49,849 nt of DNA, from positions 1 to 49,849 of the forward strand of contig CANHDW010000003.1 in assembly GCA_947459525.1 (NCBI GenBank), in the 5' to 3' direction. The translations under genes were made by a program, and so were the position numbers. The DNA comes from Candidatus Caenarcanales bacterium (GTDB lineage Bacteria; Cyanobacteriota; Vampirovibrionia; LMEP-6097). Below the pieces are notes generated by a model. It was given only the letters and a program-made list of their open reading frames with translations. It ran no database searches and had not been told where the DNA came from. Of the stretch, positions 1-9,528 are shown piece after piece. How positions within the stretch are numbered: the first letter of the stretch is position 1; each line of letters opens with the position of its first letter.

Positions 1-107
1 ACTATTAATTATTACAATACCGAAAGAATGCATACCGCTCTTAAAGCTAGTCCAAATGAGTTTCTTGCTGCATATTATCAACAAACTGCTTAATTAAACT
101 CATACTC

Positions 108-665
108 CTAAAAGTTTAATTTCTTAAGTCGTAAATTAGGAAGTTGACACTCTTTATCAACAGGTTCAACATAGCGTAAAGAAGCCTCTCTAATATCAAA
201 ATTTACCTTATTAGTATTCAGAAATTTTTTTTTAATATATTCTGCAGCGAATAAATTTTCTAAATTGGCGGAATAACTAGCTACTACCGCGATACGAGCT
301 ATGGGTGATTGAAATTTCTTTGCAAAATTAAACAAACTTTTAAAATGTGATTTCTGTTCACTGAAATCTTTAATGTGTTCATCATCAGCCAATCTCCAAT
401 TAAAATTTATTTTTTTCTTTGTAGCACTACATTCATGGAATTGATCTTTAGACACTAGGCTAATAAGAGGAATGTCATTAATAATTGCATCTGAAACTCC
501 TAAGTTTGTTGGAGCTGTATAGAAGGTAGCTTCCTCTTCAAATAAATTTGATTCAAAAGCTTTTCTAATGTCAATATCAAAACTAGATTTCCAAGTAGCA
601 CCTTGACTAGATAATTCGTCTTTAAAATAAATAGAGAAAAAATAAGATATTGTTTTTACATCCAT
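108..665 (-). CDS. hypothetical protein (185 aa)
   Basis: ORF with TATAAT 7 nt upstream of the ATG; no recognised motif. Confidence 0.6.
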   Translation of the reverse strand: MDVKTISYFFSIYFKDELSSQGATWKSSFDIDIRKAFESNLFEEEATFYTAPTNLGVSDAIINDIPLISLVSKDQFHECSATKKKINFNWRLADDEHIKDFSEQKSHFKSLFNFAKKFQSPIARIAVVASYSANLENLFAAEYIKKKFLNTNKVNFDIREASLRYVEPVDKECQLPNLRLKKLNF

Positions 666-759
666 AGTCCTGATTATAGTCTGGAAAATTTTCTAGTTTT
701 TAACTCTGAGGAAAAATGACCCCTAAAAATTTTTTTTAATTTTTGCGAAGCTAATTTAA

Positions 760-1017
760 ATGAAAGATCTTCCAGAATCTATTAAACATCGGGCTAATCT
801 TCTTCAATACATTGGCTTTGGGTTATTAAGTTCTTTTGCAAGCATGATTTTTATGGAATTAACTAATGCTAATTATAGGATTGAAGATATTGGTATATTG
901 AAATTCATAATAGTTTCTAGCATAAGCTTAGTTGGCATCATTTGCATCTACCGCAGCATTGACATTCTAGATGAGTGGTACTACCATTCAGAAAATAAGG
1001 AGAAGGTTTATGAGTGA
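760..1017 (+). CDS. small membrane protein with two hydrophobic segments
   Basis: 85-aa ORF with segments YIGFGLLSSFASMIFM and ILKFIIVSSISLVGIICIY. Confidence 0.6.
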   Translation: MKDLPESIKHRANLLQYIGFGLLSSFASMIFMELTNANYRIEDIGILKFIIVSSISLVGIICIYRSIDILDEWYYHSENKEKVYE

Positions 1018-1180
1018 GTCTAATTTAGATTATGTGACAACCATGGTTATTGCATTTTCATGGCTACTTTTCTTGCTTATCCATCCTTTCTTTCGCTTTT
1101 ATTATAAAAAGAAAAAACTAGGTCGCTTAGACCCAAATAAAACTTTCTTCCAGAATCTTTGGGATGCAATCCTACCTTAA
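1010..1180 (+). CDS. small single-TM protein (56 aa, MSESNLDY...)
   Basis: ATG 1010 follows AAGGAG and overlaps the upstream ORF end; one TM segment followed by a basic patch; preferred over the 971 start. Confidence 0.5.
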   Translation: MSESNLDYVTTMVIAFSWLLFLLIHPFFRFYYKKKKLGRLDPNKTFFQNLWDAILP

Positions 1181-2002
1181 CTCCACCGATTCCACTAAAT
1201 CAATAACCCCAATATTTTTCTTAACCTCTTTCCCAGCCACCATCATAGATAGGATAATAGGCAATTTACTGTTTTCGGGTATTTCATCTAGAGTGATATT
1301 AGCAATTATCATTTTTTTGTTAATCAAATCCGCTTTCTGATTATTGATTTTCATATTCGTGATATTTTTTTCTAAATTAAAACCATAAGTTTCTATATCA
1401 CCTATGCTAATAAACATTTTCTTGGAATATAATCTAGGATTAGGTCCTAGTATTTTAGCTTTCGTGATTCCAAAAAAAGGTAATAAATCATCTTCTTTGG
1501 TGATGCTTATCACAGTGCTAATAAGCTTAGTGTCTAATTCTTTACCGAAATCAGCTACAAGCTCAGCACTTAAAACTTTTGCACTCAATTTTCCAGCATA
1601 GTTAAGCCTTTTAAGCTTTCCTTTTATTTCTATAGTTTCTGAATTACTGTCCTTAATTACAGCAGAGACGCTTTTAGTATTCAGAAGATTAGCTGTACTC
1701 GTCTTAAATGAAACATTAATAAGTGAACCTTGCGGGTCGACATTCTTAAAGAAAGTCTGCCTATTTATATTAATCTCTTTATCAAGCTCACAGTATTTTT
1801 TAGGATCTACAGAAAGTTTAATGCTTAATGCTGAGAGGTTATCTAAATGAGGTCCAGTGATTTTTATAATGAAATCATCTGCCTGTAAGGCATTTAGAGA
1901 GCTTATGGTAAAAGTGAAACAGAAAAGAATTAGCAGGAAAATTCTTCTTTTACTATCAGGCAGTTGCCTAGTCTTGAACTTTAGGTCTGATAATATTCTC
2001 AC
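1172..2002 (-). CDS. hypothetical exported protein
   Basis: KRR plus hydrophobic stretch plus A-x-A signal-peptide-like N-terminus; 4-bp overlap with lpxC. Confidence 0.65.
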   Translation of the reverse strand: MRILSDLKFKTRQLPDSKRRIFLLILFCFTFTISSLNALQADDFIIKITGPHLDNLSALSIKLSVDPKKYCELDKEININRQTFFKNVDPQGSLINVSFKTSTANLLNTKSVSAVIKDSNSETIEIKGKLKRLNYAGKLSAKVLSAELVADFGKELDTKLISTVISITKEDDLLPFFGITKAKILGPNPRLYSKKMFISIGDIETYGFNLEKNITNMKINNQKADLINKKMIIANITLDEIPENSKLPIILSMMVAGKEVKKNIGVIDLVESVELR

Positions 2003-2844
2003 AGCTTACTTAATTCCCTCGCGAGCAGAGAATTTAAATAATGCCCGCCCTGATTACTGATCACCTGCATTTGAAAACTTAGTGGATTAATTCCTGAAAG
2101 ATAAAGATCACCGATGAGATCTAAAACCTTATGCCTACTAGGTTCGTCTGGAAATCTTAAAGGCACAGTGAAATCAGTTTCAGTAATACCCACTATCCAG
2201 CCACTTAAGCCGAGCATCTGATTTTCAGCTTCAGTACTGAAAGTTCTAGCGTTAGCGACTTCGTCTATCGCATCTTTATCTAAAGCCCAAGTGTAAGCCT
2301 GCTTTCCTATTTTAGGATGATTCCAATCCATCTGATAAGTAGCGCTGAAATTAGCATCTGTAGGAATGGCTTTAATATATTTATGTGTTTGATGAGGATC
2401 TTCGATATAAATTTCTTCTTTAAGCTTTATCTGTGATTCTTTTACAGTCTGAATTAGATTATGCTTTTTAAAAAGCTCTAACCATAAGTTAGCAGAACCA
2501 TCCCCGAAAGGCAGTTCTTCATTATCTAGGTAAACATCTATATTATTAAGATTCGCTAGAGCGCAAGCTGCTAGAAAATGTTCCGTAAGGCAGATAGAAC
2601 CTGTACCATTACTTAGAACAGTGTTTCTCTGTGTGCTGGAGATATTCTTTACATGAGCGAGTATCGCGGTATCTTCAGGAATATTTATTAACTCTTGTTC
2701 AGGAATATTGATTAAATCTCTCTGAACAAAAAATCTAATCCCTTTATTAGTATTTTTAATAATTTTAGCTTTTACATCAGCTCTACTAATAAGTCCTTTA
2801 GCGGATATCTCAAGACTTTTAAAAGTCGCATTAGGTAAGCCCAT
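1999..2844 (-). CDS. lpxC: UDP-3-O-acyl-N-acetylglucosamine deacetylase LpxC
   Basis: TEHFLAA, ELPFGDGSA, ARTF, HKVLDLIGDL and GGH motifs. Confidence 0.9.
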   Translation of the reverse strand: MGLPNATFKSLEISAKGLISRADVKAKIIKNTNKGIRFFVQRDLINIPEQELINIPEDTAILAHVKNISSTQRNTVLSNGTGSICLTEHFLAACALANLNNIDVYLDNEELPFGDGSANLWLELFKKHNLIQTVKESQIKLKEEIYIEDPHQTHKYIKAIPTDANFSATYQMDWNHPKIGKQAYTWALDKDAIDEVANARTFSTEAENQMLGLSGWIVGITETDFTVPLRFPDEPSRHKVLDLIGDLYLSGINPLSFQMQVISNQGGHYLNSLLARELSKL

Positions 2845-2939
2845 TCTGAAAATTATATACTGCCAAGAAAAAATTATTCTTTTTTCTGAAATCTGATAAG
2901 TTCCTAATATCTTAAAAGTGTTAAAATCTTAGTTCGCGT

Positions 2940-3016
2940 GGCTGGGTAGCTCAGTTGGCTAGAGCAGAGGATTCATACCCCTCAGGTCGGCGGTTCGATT
3001 CCGCCCCCAGCTACCA
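2940..3016 (+). tRNA. tRNA with CAT anticodon, probably elongator tRNA-Met
   Basis: cloverleaf with GGCTGGG/CCCAGCT acceptor stem, TTCATAC anticodon loop, GGTTCGATTCC T-arm and encoded CCA; tRNA-Ile2 not fully excluded. Confidence 0.9.
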
Positions 3017-3031
3017 CTTATTAAAAAATTT

Positions 3032-4981
3032 ATGACCAAAACCATAGCCTCTTTTGGAAAAATACTTTTAATCTGCCTATTAGTTTTTACCTTAATCTTG
3101 ACTGGCGTTTATGCTTTTTTTGAGTTTTATTTTAAAAACAACTGGGCGAAAATCGTAAAAGAGCAGATCGTTAAGAACACTGGGCTGAGTGTCGAGTTTA
3201 ATCAGGTGAGATTCAGTTTTCTGAGTTTTATTAAGCTAAATCCTAGTCTAGTAATAGAAGATATTAAAATCGGTGAAGCTTTAACTGTAGATAAATTTTA
3301 TATAGAAGCGAAATTAAAATCTTTACTGAAAAGAAAGCTGCTAGTAGAAGCTCTTCTAGTTGAATCACCAGTATTTACTTTAGTCGAGAACCAGAAAAGG
3401 GAAGTTTCCTTAAAGGGCTTAGATTTCACTAAATTACAGGAACTACTAAAACCTAGTGAAGATGATCTAATGCGCGAGGAGATGAATACTGGAGATAAAG
3501 GTCTTAAGAGTCTTAGCCTAGATCTACTGAAAATTAAAAACGCAAATATCCTTTTCGAGCCATATAAAGGAGCTCCACTTAGATTTAGAAATTTAAATTT
3601 AGATATTAAGGATATTTACATCAGTGATAAGCCAAGAGAAAAGCTCTCTGAGATAGATTTTCATACGAATTTCTTTGATAAGGGTGATTCTAAGCTGAGC
3701 TTTAAAGGTTCATTAGAGACTATTCCTTTAGATGTAAGCAGTATTCCAGTGAAAGGATCTTTAAGAGCGCAGATTAATCTTAAAGATTTACCTAAAGCTA
3801 TGCTGGATACTTCTGCTAAGCTGCTTGCTTTTAATGGTTCACAGAAGCATGTAGATATTAATGCTAGTTTGCGTGGTGATATTTTAAAAACTCTGTATGG
3901 CTCTGGCACTCTTACTTTAAATGATTTTAGAATAGGTGCGGCTGAAAGAAATCTTTTAAAGATAAGCTCCCTATTAAATTTAAATACGGCTATAAGTTTA
4001 ATAAAAAACCCTAATCTACAGTTTAATGTCAGTAAGGGTTCTATGAAGATTGAGAGTGTAGATAAGAATAAAAATGCTACAGGAAATTTAAATTTTACTT
4101 TAAATACTAATATAGATTTAGTGAGCTTTGCTATGCAAGTCAGTTCCACTGGGGCTTTGAGTGGTCTTAAAATTCATGAAGTTCTGCATGCTTTTGATCC
4201 GAAGTTTAAAGCACCAGTAGAAGGGACTTTTGAGATACCTCAGTATAGACTTAGTTTCAGTGGTAAAACTCCAGAGCAGCAGTCTAGAAGCCTTATAGCT
4301 AATGGTAAACTAAAATTCACGGATATTAATATCCCAGTGATATTAGATCTGAAAAAGAAAAAAGATAAATATATTAAATTCTTACCTATAGACACTACTA
4401 GTATAGATAAAGCTTTAGAAGGACATTTCCTTGCTGCAAGCTCTGATTTCTCTGTTGTGAGCAAGCTTATACAGATGAATAATCTTTTAGCTGAAAGTAA
4501 ATATGCGACTTTAAAAGGCAGTGGCAGCTCAAGTTTTAAAGGCTTTTTAAATTTTGATTTAAATTTAACTGTGCCAGAGAGGCTTATGATGGCTTTTAAT
4601 GTTCATGGTGAATCGAAAAAACCTAAAGTTAAAGTAAGAGATTTTCAATTGATCGGTGATCAGCCTTTAGCATTACCGAATGGTTTAGGACTTAAAATCA
4701 CTCGCGAGCCTGTAGCTAAGGCAGTTACGGAGAGAGTAGATAAAGCTGTTAATAAAGTAAACACCAAGCTTGATTCTATTCCTCTTACAGATGAGACTAA
4801 AGCTAAAGCGAAAAAGAGTATTAATAAGCTTTTAGATTTAGGGGCTAAATATGGGGTTTACACTAAACCAGCTCAGGGTCCAGTTCCAGCACCTGCTCCA
4901 GTCTCTGTGCCTGGTACTCCTGTGACCGATACCAGTTCGAGTGCTGCTGCTGCGCCAGCAGAGACATCCGTTACTCCTTAG
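3032..4981 (+). CDS. AsmA-family protein
   Basis: N-terminal TM anchor, beta-rich body, C-terminal GxxxxP motif, Pro/Ala-rich tail. Confidence 0.7.
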   Translation: MTKTIASFGKILLICLLVFTLILTGVYAFFEFYFKNNWAKIVKEQIVKNTGLSVEFNQVRFSFLSFIKLNPSLVIEDIKIGEALTVDKFYIEAKLKSLLKRKLLVEALLVESPVFTLVENQKREVSLKGLDFTKLQELLKPSEDDLMREEMNTGDKGLKSLSLDLLKIKNANILFEPYKGAPLRFRNLNLDIKDIYISDKPREKLSEIDFHTNFFDKGDSKLSFKGSLETIPLDVSSIPVKGSLRAQINLKDLPKAMLDTSAKLLAFNGSQKHVDINASLRGDILKTLYGSGTLTLNDFRIGAAERNLLKISSLLNLNTAISLIKNPNLQFNVSKGSMKIESVDKNKNATGNLNFTLNTNIDLVSFAMQVSSTGALSGLKIHEVLHAFDPKFKAPVEGTFEIPQYRLSFSGKTPEQQSRSLIANGKLKFTDINIPVILDLKKKKDKYIKFLPIDTTSIDKALEGHFLAASSDFSVVSKLIQMNNLLAESKYATLKGSGSSSFKGFLNFDLNLTVPERLMMAFNVHGESKKPKVKVRDFQLIGDQPLALPNGLGLKITREPVAKAVTERVDKAVNKVNTKLDSIPLTDETKAKAKKSINKLLDLGAKYGVYTKPAQGPVPAPAPVSVPGTPVTDTSSSAAAAPAETSVTP

Positions 4982-4998
4982 TTAAATCATCTCAATTA

Positions 4999-6861
4999 TT
5001 AGTCTGGTTTCCAGAAATTAGCAGTTTCTGTCCAGAATTTTAGTAAGCTTTTAGTGGTACCGATCTCTGTGCGAAGAGCTGCAGCAGATATTCTGCCAGC
5101 ATCTGTATTAATGCCAAGAGCTACTGCCATCTGTCCTTCAAGATCAGAAAGTATTTCATTGTGTAAATCGATAAAATGTTTACTTTGCTCATAGCGGTCA
5201 GGTAAAATACCTTCTTTATTGTTAAAACCGAACTGTCTCTCTAATTCACTGACGACATGTTTAGTTATCTTCATCTCAGTATTCAATGCAGCAAAACTAA
5301 TTTTACTAGCATCTGTATCAATAGCTAAGGCTTCTGATATCTGATTTTCTAAATCAGTGGCGATATCTAGATTCAAACCATAAAGAAACTTAGCTTGCTC
5401 TTGATTGATATTACCAAAGTCTATTTGGGTTTTATCTACAAGCTGATTCATCACATCTAAGCTGTCACCATATACTTCTGTTAACTTATCACCCTCAGCT
5501 AATTCTTGTCTTATTACTGCTGCTGATTCCCTTCCGGCAGCAGTATCAAGGCTTAAAGCTACTGTTAATTGATTTTCTAGATATGGTGTAGCACTAGAAT
5601 TCATTTCTTGAAAAAACTCTAATTGTGCTGCACGCATTATTGGACTAGGTCCCCGCGGATTAACGAAATTATCGTAACTCATGGTTATGCTTTCTGTATT
5701 ATCCAGTAGATTATCACCTTTAATATCTAACTGCTCTTGTAGTTGACTAGCCTTGGTCGTATCACCAGATTGTATTGCTTCAGATAATTGATCGAAAATA
5801 CCATTGTAAGCGTCAAAAGCAACATCAAATGGCTTGTTTTCACCTTCCAAGTGTGAAAGAAATTTATCCAACTGAGGAGATCTCATATCTACTACTAATT
5901 GATCTGTCGTTATAGGACCGTTGTTTGTAGCATTTATTCCGACAGCACCAACAAATTTATTAGCTTCATTAATTAGTGCCATTTTTTCATTTAAATTAAG
6001 TTTCCCATCTGTGTCTTTATCAAATGATTTTAGAATAAACTCTTTCGCATCTTGTTCTTTAACTTCCTCTGGCGAAGGGGAATTATTTAGTGCTTTAAAT
6101 TTAATTTCCTCAACATCATTTTTGATATTGATAATACTACCAGAAGCTCTGTGAGTGTAGGTCTTATTACCTGCAGCGTCTACTCCTAATCCATAATCTT
6201 CTTCACGACCTGAAAGGATAACTGTATCATCGCCACTACCACCCCTAATATCTAATAAGCCCGTGCTGGTTCCAGCTGGACTAGTATTAACGATGATGGT
6301 ATCGTTACCCGCACCACCACGTATTTTATTACTTCCCATCGTGTCTGAGATTATAATATCGTCACCAATACCACCTCTGATGGTGTTACCAGTGCCATTG
6401 CTATTTCTAATCACATCATTACCTATGCCGCCACGAATAGAGTTATTAGCTCCCAAGCTGTCAATGACATCATCCCCCCGACCAGCATGAATAGAATTAC
6501 TTGAACCATTATTGACTATAATGTCGTTTCCCCAACCACTGCTTATATAGTTGGAATTTACTTTAGAAGCATTTACGCCTAGGGTATTATTGGATATAAC
6601 ATCATCTCCTAGACCCGTTGTAATTGAAATATTACTTTTATTGAAATTATTTTTTGTGTCATCATTTAAACTGTTACCAATATCATATTCCCCATTTGGA
6701 GTGATACCTAATTCTTGTCTGAGTCCATCTGCACGTTGTAATACTGAATTGGCTTGTTGTTGAATAGCATCTTGATTTGCTGTATCAGATTCATTAACCT
6801 TGAATTTATTACTCAGGTTAGTTAAATCTACGTTGAGGTTTGAAAGTCTATTGTTCAGCAT
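4999..6861 (-). CDS. RTX-like calcium-binding protein with an EF-hand and C-terminal helical repeats
   Basis: multiple GGxGxD repeats and DKDTDGKLNLNE; start placed at MLNN by similarity to the neighbouring protein. Confidence 0.8.
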   Translation of the reverse strand: MLNNRLSNLNVDLTNLSNKFKVNESDTANQDAIQQQANSVLQRADGLRQELGITPNGEYDIGNSLNDDTKNNFNKSNISITTGLGDDVISNNTLGVNASKVNSNYISSGWGNDIIVNNGSSNSIHAGRGDDVIDSLGANNSIRGGIGNDVIRNSNGTGNTIRGGIGDDIIISDTMGSNKIRGGAGNDTIIVNTSPAGTSTGLLDIRGGSGDDTVILSGREEDYGLGVDAAGNKTYTHRASGSIINIKNDVEEIKFKALNNSPSPEEVKEQDAKEFILKSFDKDTDGKLNLNEKMALINEANKFVGAVGINATNNGPITTDQLVVDMRSPQLDKFLSHLEGENKPFDVAFDAYNGIFDQLSEAIQSGDTTKASQLQEQLDIKGDNLLDNTESITMSYDNFVNPRGPSPIMRAAQLEFFQEMNSSATPYLENQLTVALSLDTAAGRESAAVIRQELAEGDKLTEVYGDSLDVMNQLVDKTQIDFGNINQEQAKFLYGLNLDIATDLENQISEALAIDTDASKISFAALNTEMKITKHVVSELERQFGFNNKEGILPDRYEQSKHFIDLHNEILSDLEGQMAVALGINTDAGRISAAALRTEIGTTKSLLKFWTETANFWKPD

Positions 6862-6871
6862 CTTGATCGAA

Positions 6872-6903
6872 TACGTAACACGCATAGGTTAAATATAAGT
6901 TAA
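6872..6903 (-). promoter_or_regulatory. conserved upstream box TTAAC-N5-TTTAA-N7-GTGTTAYGTA
   Basis: same motif and spacing at 9466-9497, upstream of the paralogue. Confidence 0.55.
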
Positions 6904-6925
6904 CTGGGGTATTATTTTGAATAAC

Positions 6926-9421
6926 TTAATTGCTACTATTCATTAATAAAGCAAGTTTCTCCACAAGTTCTGCTGGATGGAAATTTGAACTGCCCCCAAT
7001 TATTACCATTCCAGTATTATCATTATTTGAGAAATTAACGTAAGTACTAGTACCGGGTATGGAACCTAATTTTAAAATATGCCCATCATTTAGATACCAG
7101 CCGAGTCCAATTTCACTAGAGCCAACCTCGCCCCCTGTAATAGAATTTTTCTGAACTTCTTGAGCTAATAACAGGGCAGATTCTATGGGAGATAGCTCTA
7201 AACCTTGTTCAGCTTTGTCTTTAGCTTGCATATTAGCTTGTAAGAATTTAACTAAATCTTCCGTTGTTGAATGGATGCCACCACTTCCGACAAAGGTATC
7301 GGTTACACCTGCGATTTTACCTTGATTAAACCCTTTTGCTAAATTTGCACTCTCGCTTGAGGATAAAGTTATTTTAGTTGTATCTAATCCTAGCGGGTCT
7401 AAAACACGATCATTTAGAAGATTTTCAAAGGTTGTTTCTGGAATATATTCTTCTCCAGATTCTTGGGTATGAGCAAAGGCTAGGGCTTCTTCTAATAAAC
7501 CATAACCATAATTACTATATTTATATTCTTTACCTGGTTCGCTTGCAAGTGTCGTAGATTCTACAAATGAAAATAAATCATCGACATCTTTACTGTCGGT
7601 GGGGTTCGTTGCAGGGTCTCTTAAGCCCGATGTGTGGGTTGCTAAATCTTCAAGAGTGATTTCTTTACCATTGTATTTTGGTAACTCAACGCCCGGGGGA
7701 AGGTACTGCTGCACTGGATCATCTAAATCTACTTCACCGCGTTCAACCATGTCAGCAAGTAGGGTTGCCGTTAAAGTTTTACTTACTGAACCGATTGAGA
7801 ATGTAGTATCTTCTGTTGGTGCCTGTACTCCATTTTTGGTATTAAGATCTGTGTCACCGACACTGTAGTACTTGGTTTGATCTCCATTGATTAATGCTAT
7901 GGATATTGGATAATTCTTTCCTGCTGAGTTTGCATATTCATTTAATAAATCTTGTACTGCTTTATCGCTTGGGAAACTTTTACTATTATTACTTTCTATG
8001 GCTTCATAATTTCCAGCCCAATACTGACTCATTTCACCAGTATTAAGATCGCCCCCGAGTACACCATCTTTATCGGTATCAAACTGTTCCCAGACATTTA
8101 AAAGCTCGTCAAAGTTTAATTTCCCATCTTTATCCGCATCATTTTTACTCACATGCTCATTCCAAGCACCTTTATTCCAGCCGAAAGAAGCCATTTCTTT
8201 ACCATCAAGGCTGCCATCTTTGTTTTTATCCCAAACATTATTGAAATTCACTTTATATTGTTCTTTAAATTTTATATCCTGTGCTGAATCACTAGGATCT
8301 TCATAATTTCCAGCCCAATACTGACTCATTTCACCAGTATTAAGATCGCCCCCGAGTACACCATCTTTATCGGTATCAAACTGTTTCCAGACATTTAAAA
8401 GCTCGTCAAAGTTTAATTTCCCATCTTTATTCGCATCATTTTTACTCACATGCTCATTCCAAGCACCTTTATTCCAGCCGAAAGAAGCCATTTCTTTACC
8501 ACCAAGGCTGCCATCTTTATTTTTATCCCAAACATTATTAAAATCAGCTTTATACTGCTCTGTAAATTTTGTATCTTGGAATGTTTCCACTGCACCGCCA
8601 TCTGGGTCTCCCATATCTTGAGGGTTTTCAGGAAAATGATCGCCATATCTTGGTCTAACAAACTCTCCAAGCTTATCTGTTAAGTGATAATCTACAAATT
8701 GTTCATTTAGTAAACTTACATATTTATTATCGGGGTCAGCAGATTTATATCCTTCTTCACCCCAGAAGTCAAACTGTATGTCATAAGCTTTGATTTCCTC
8801 CTGTATAGAATTTGTTTTTCCTTCTAGCGCACCATCTTTAGGATCATGCAGGTCTACATGAGCAAGTTCATGTATGAGTAAAGCTGCAACTACCTCAGCT
8901 GGAGCTTCTTCTAATAATTTCTTATCTAATTGTACTTCCTGCTTATCGCTACCTAGATTTTTAACTCGTGCCAAAATATTTTGACCAGTTACCGCTTTAG
9001 CATCAAATGATGATATTTTAGTATTTTCAAGATTATCAAGTATGCTAGAAAGTTCTGGATTTTCTACAATGTAATTTGCTATTAATTCTTTCGCATCATC
9101 TAGCTTAGTGCCTTTATTGGGACTTTGACTTCCCTCAAACTTCACCTCTTCTATACCACTGTCAATCTGTATTTGTGAGTTAGTAGCTTTGTTCGTTTTA
9201 TTATCAGATTTGATGACATTGTTTGAACTATCAACAATCAGCGTGTCATCACCAATTTTAGATTGATGATTCGTCGTAATACCTAATTCACTAGCCCGCT
9301 GTCTTACGGTATTAGTCTGTTTTTGAATATCAGCCTGATCAAGAGAAGAGTCTCCCTTTGTAAGCTGTTTATTCAAAGAGCCTAAGTCTGTTCTTAGGTT
9401 ATTGATCCTTGGGTTAAGCAT
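6926..9421 (-). CDS. multidomain protein: HExxH metalloprotease-like region, EF-hand repeats, serine hydrolase (beta-lactamase/AmpC fold)
   Basis: LIHELAH...EEIKAY; DKNKDG/DTDKDG loops; SVSK and YSN motifs; GGAG RBS. Confidence 0.85.
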   Translation of the reverse strand: MLNPRINNLRTDLGSLNKQLTKGDSSLDQADIQKQTNTVRQRASELGITTNHQSKIGDDTLIVDSSNNVIKSDNKTNKATNSQIQIDSGIEEVKFEGSQSPNKGTKLDDAKELIANYIVENPELSSILDNLENTKISSFDAKAVTGQNILARVKNLGSDKQEVQLDKKLLEEAPAEVVAALLIHELAHVDLHDPKDGALEGKTNSIQEEIKAYDIQFDFWGEEGYKSADPDNKYVSLLNEQFVDYHLTDKLGEFVRPRYGDHFPENPQDMGDPDGGAVETFQDTKFTEQYKADFNNVWDKNKDGSLGGKEMASFGWNKGAWNEHVSKNDANKDGKLNFDELLNVWKQFDTDKDGVLGGDLNTGEMSQYWAGNYEDPSDSAQDIKFKEQYKVNFNNVWDKNKDGSLDGKEMASFGWNKGAWNEHVSKNDADKDGKLNFDELLNVWEQFDTDKDGVLGGDLNTGEMSQYWAGNYEAIESNNSKSFPSDKAVQDLLNEYANSAGKNYPISIALINGDQTKYYSVGDTDLNTKNGVQAPTEDTTFSIGSVSKTLTATLLADMVERGEVDLDDPVQQYLPPGVELPKYNGKEITLEDLATHTSGLRDPATNPTDSKDVDDLFSFVESTTLASEPGKEYKYSNYGYGLLEEALAFAHTQESGEEYIPETTFENLLNDRVLDPLGLDTTKITLSSSESANLAKGFNQGKIAGVTDTFVGSGGIHSTTEDLVKFLQANMQAKDKAEQGLELSPIESALLLAQEVQKNSITGGEVGSSEIGLGWYLNDGHILKLGSIPGTSTYVNFSNNDNTGMVIIGGSSNFHPAELVEKLALLMNSSN
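8002..8578. repeat. intragenic tandem duplication, 297-bp period (99 aa)
   Basis: near-identical copies at about 8002-8281 and 8299-8578. Confidence 0.95.
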
Positions 9422-9465
9422 GCAAGCACTCCAATTAGAGACTGATCTTCAACATCTCAACCAGT

Positions 9466-9497
9466 TACATAACACTTATCCCTTAAACATTGGTTAA
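9466..9497 (-). promoter_or_regulatory. conserved upstream box, second copy
   Basis: minus strand TTAACcaatgTTTAAgggataaGTGTTATGTA. Confidence 0.55.
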
Positions 9498-9499
9498 GA

Positions 9500-9528
9500 G
9501 AGACTGCTGCATGTCGTGCAGTGGTCTC
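9500..9528. mobile_element. 29-bp collapsed MITE hairpin with 5-bp target duplication
   Basis: GAGACTGCTGCA...TGCAGTGGTCTC flanked by TAAGA on both sides; right end identical to the end of the 16938-17127 element. Confidence 0.8.

Noticed and set aside
47-103. 18-codon minus-strand ORF MSLIKQFVDNMQQETHLD
   Set aside because: The GGAG is only 1 nt from the ATG, there is no other support, and it lies at the window edge
4875-4975. Pro/Ala-rich repeats at the end of the AsmA gene
   Set aside because: Ordinary low-complexity protein tail
6926-7990. Beta-lactam resistance gene
   Set aside because: SxxK/YxN serine hydrolases are mostly peptidases or esterases; resistance cannot be inferred from the motifs
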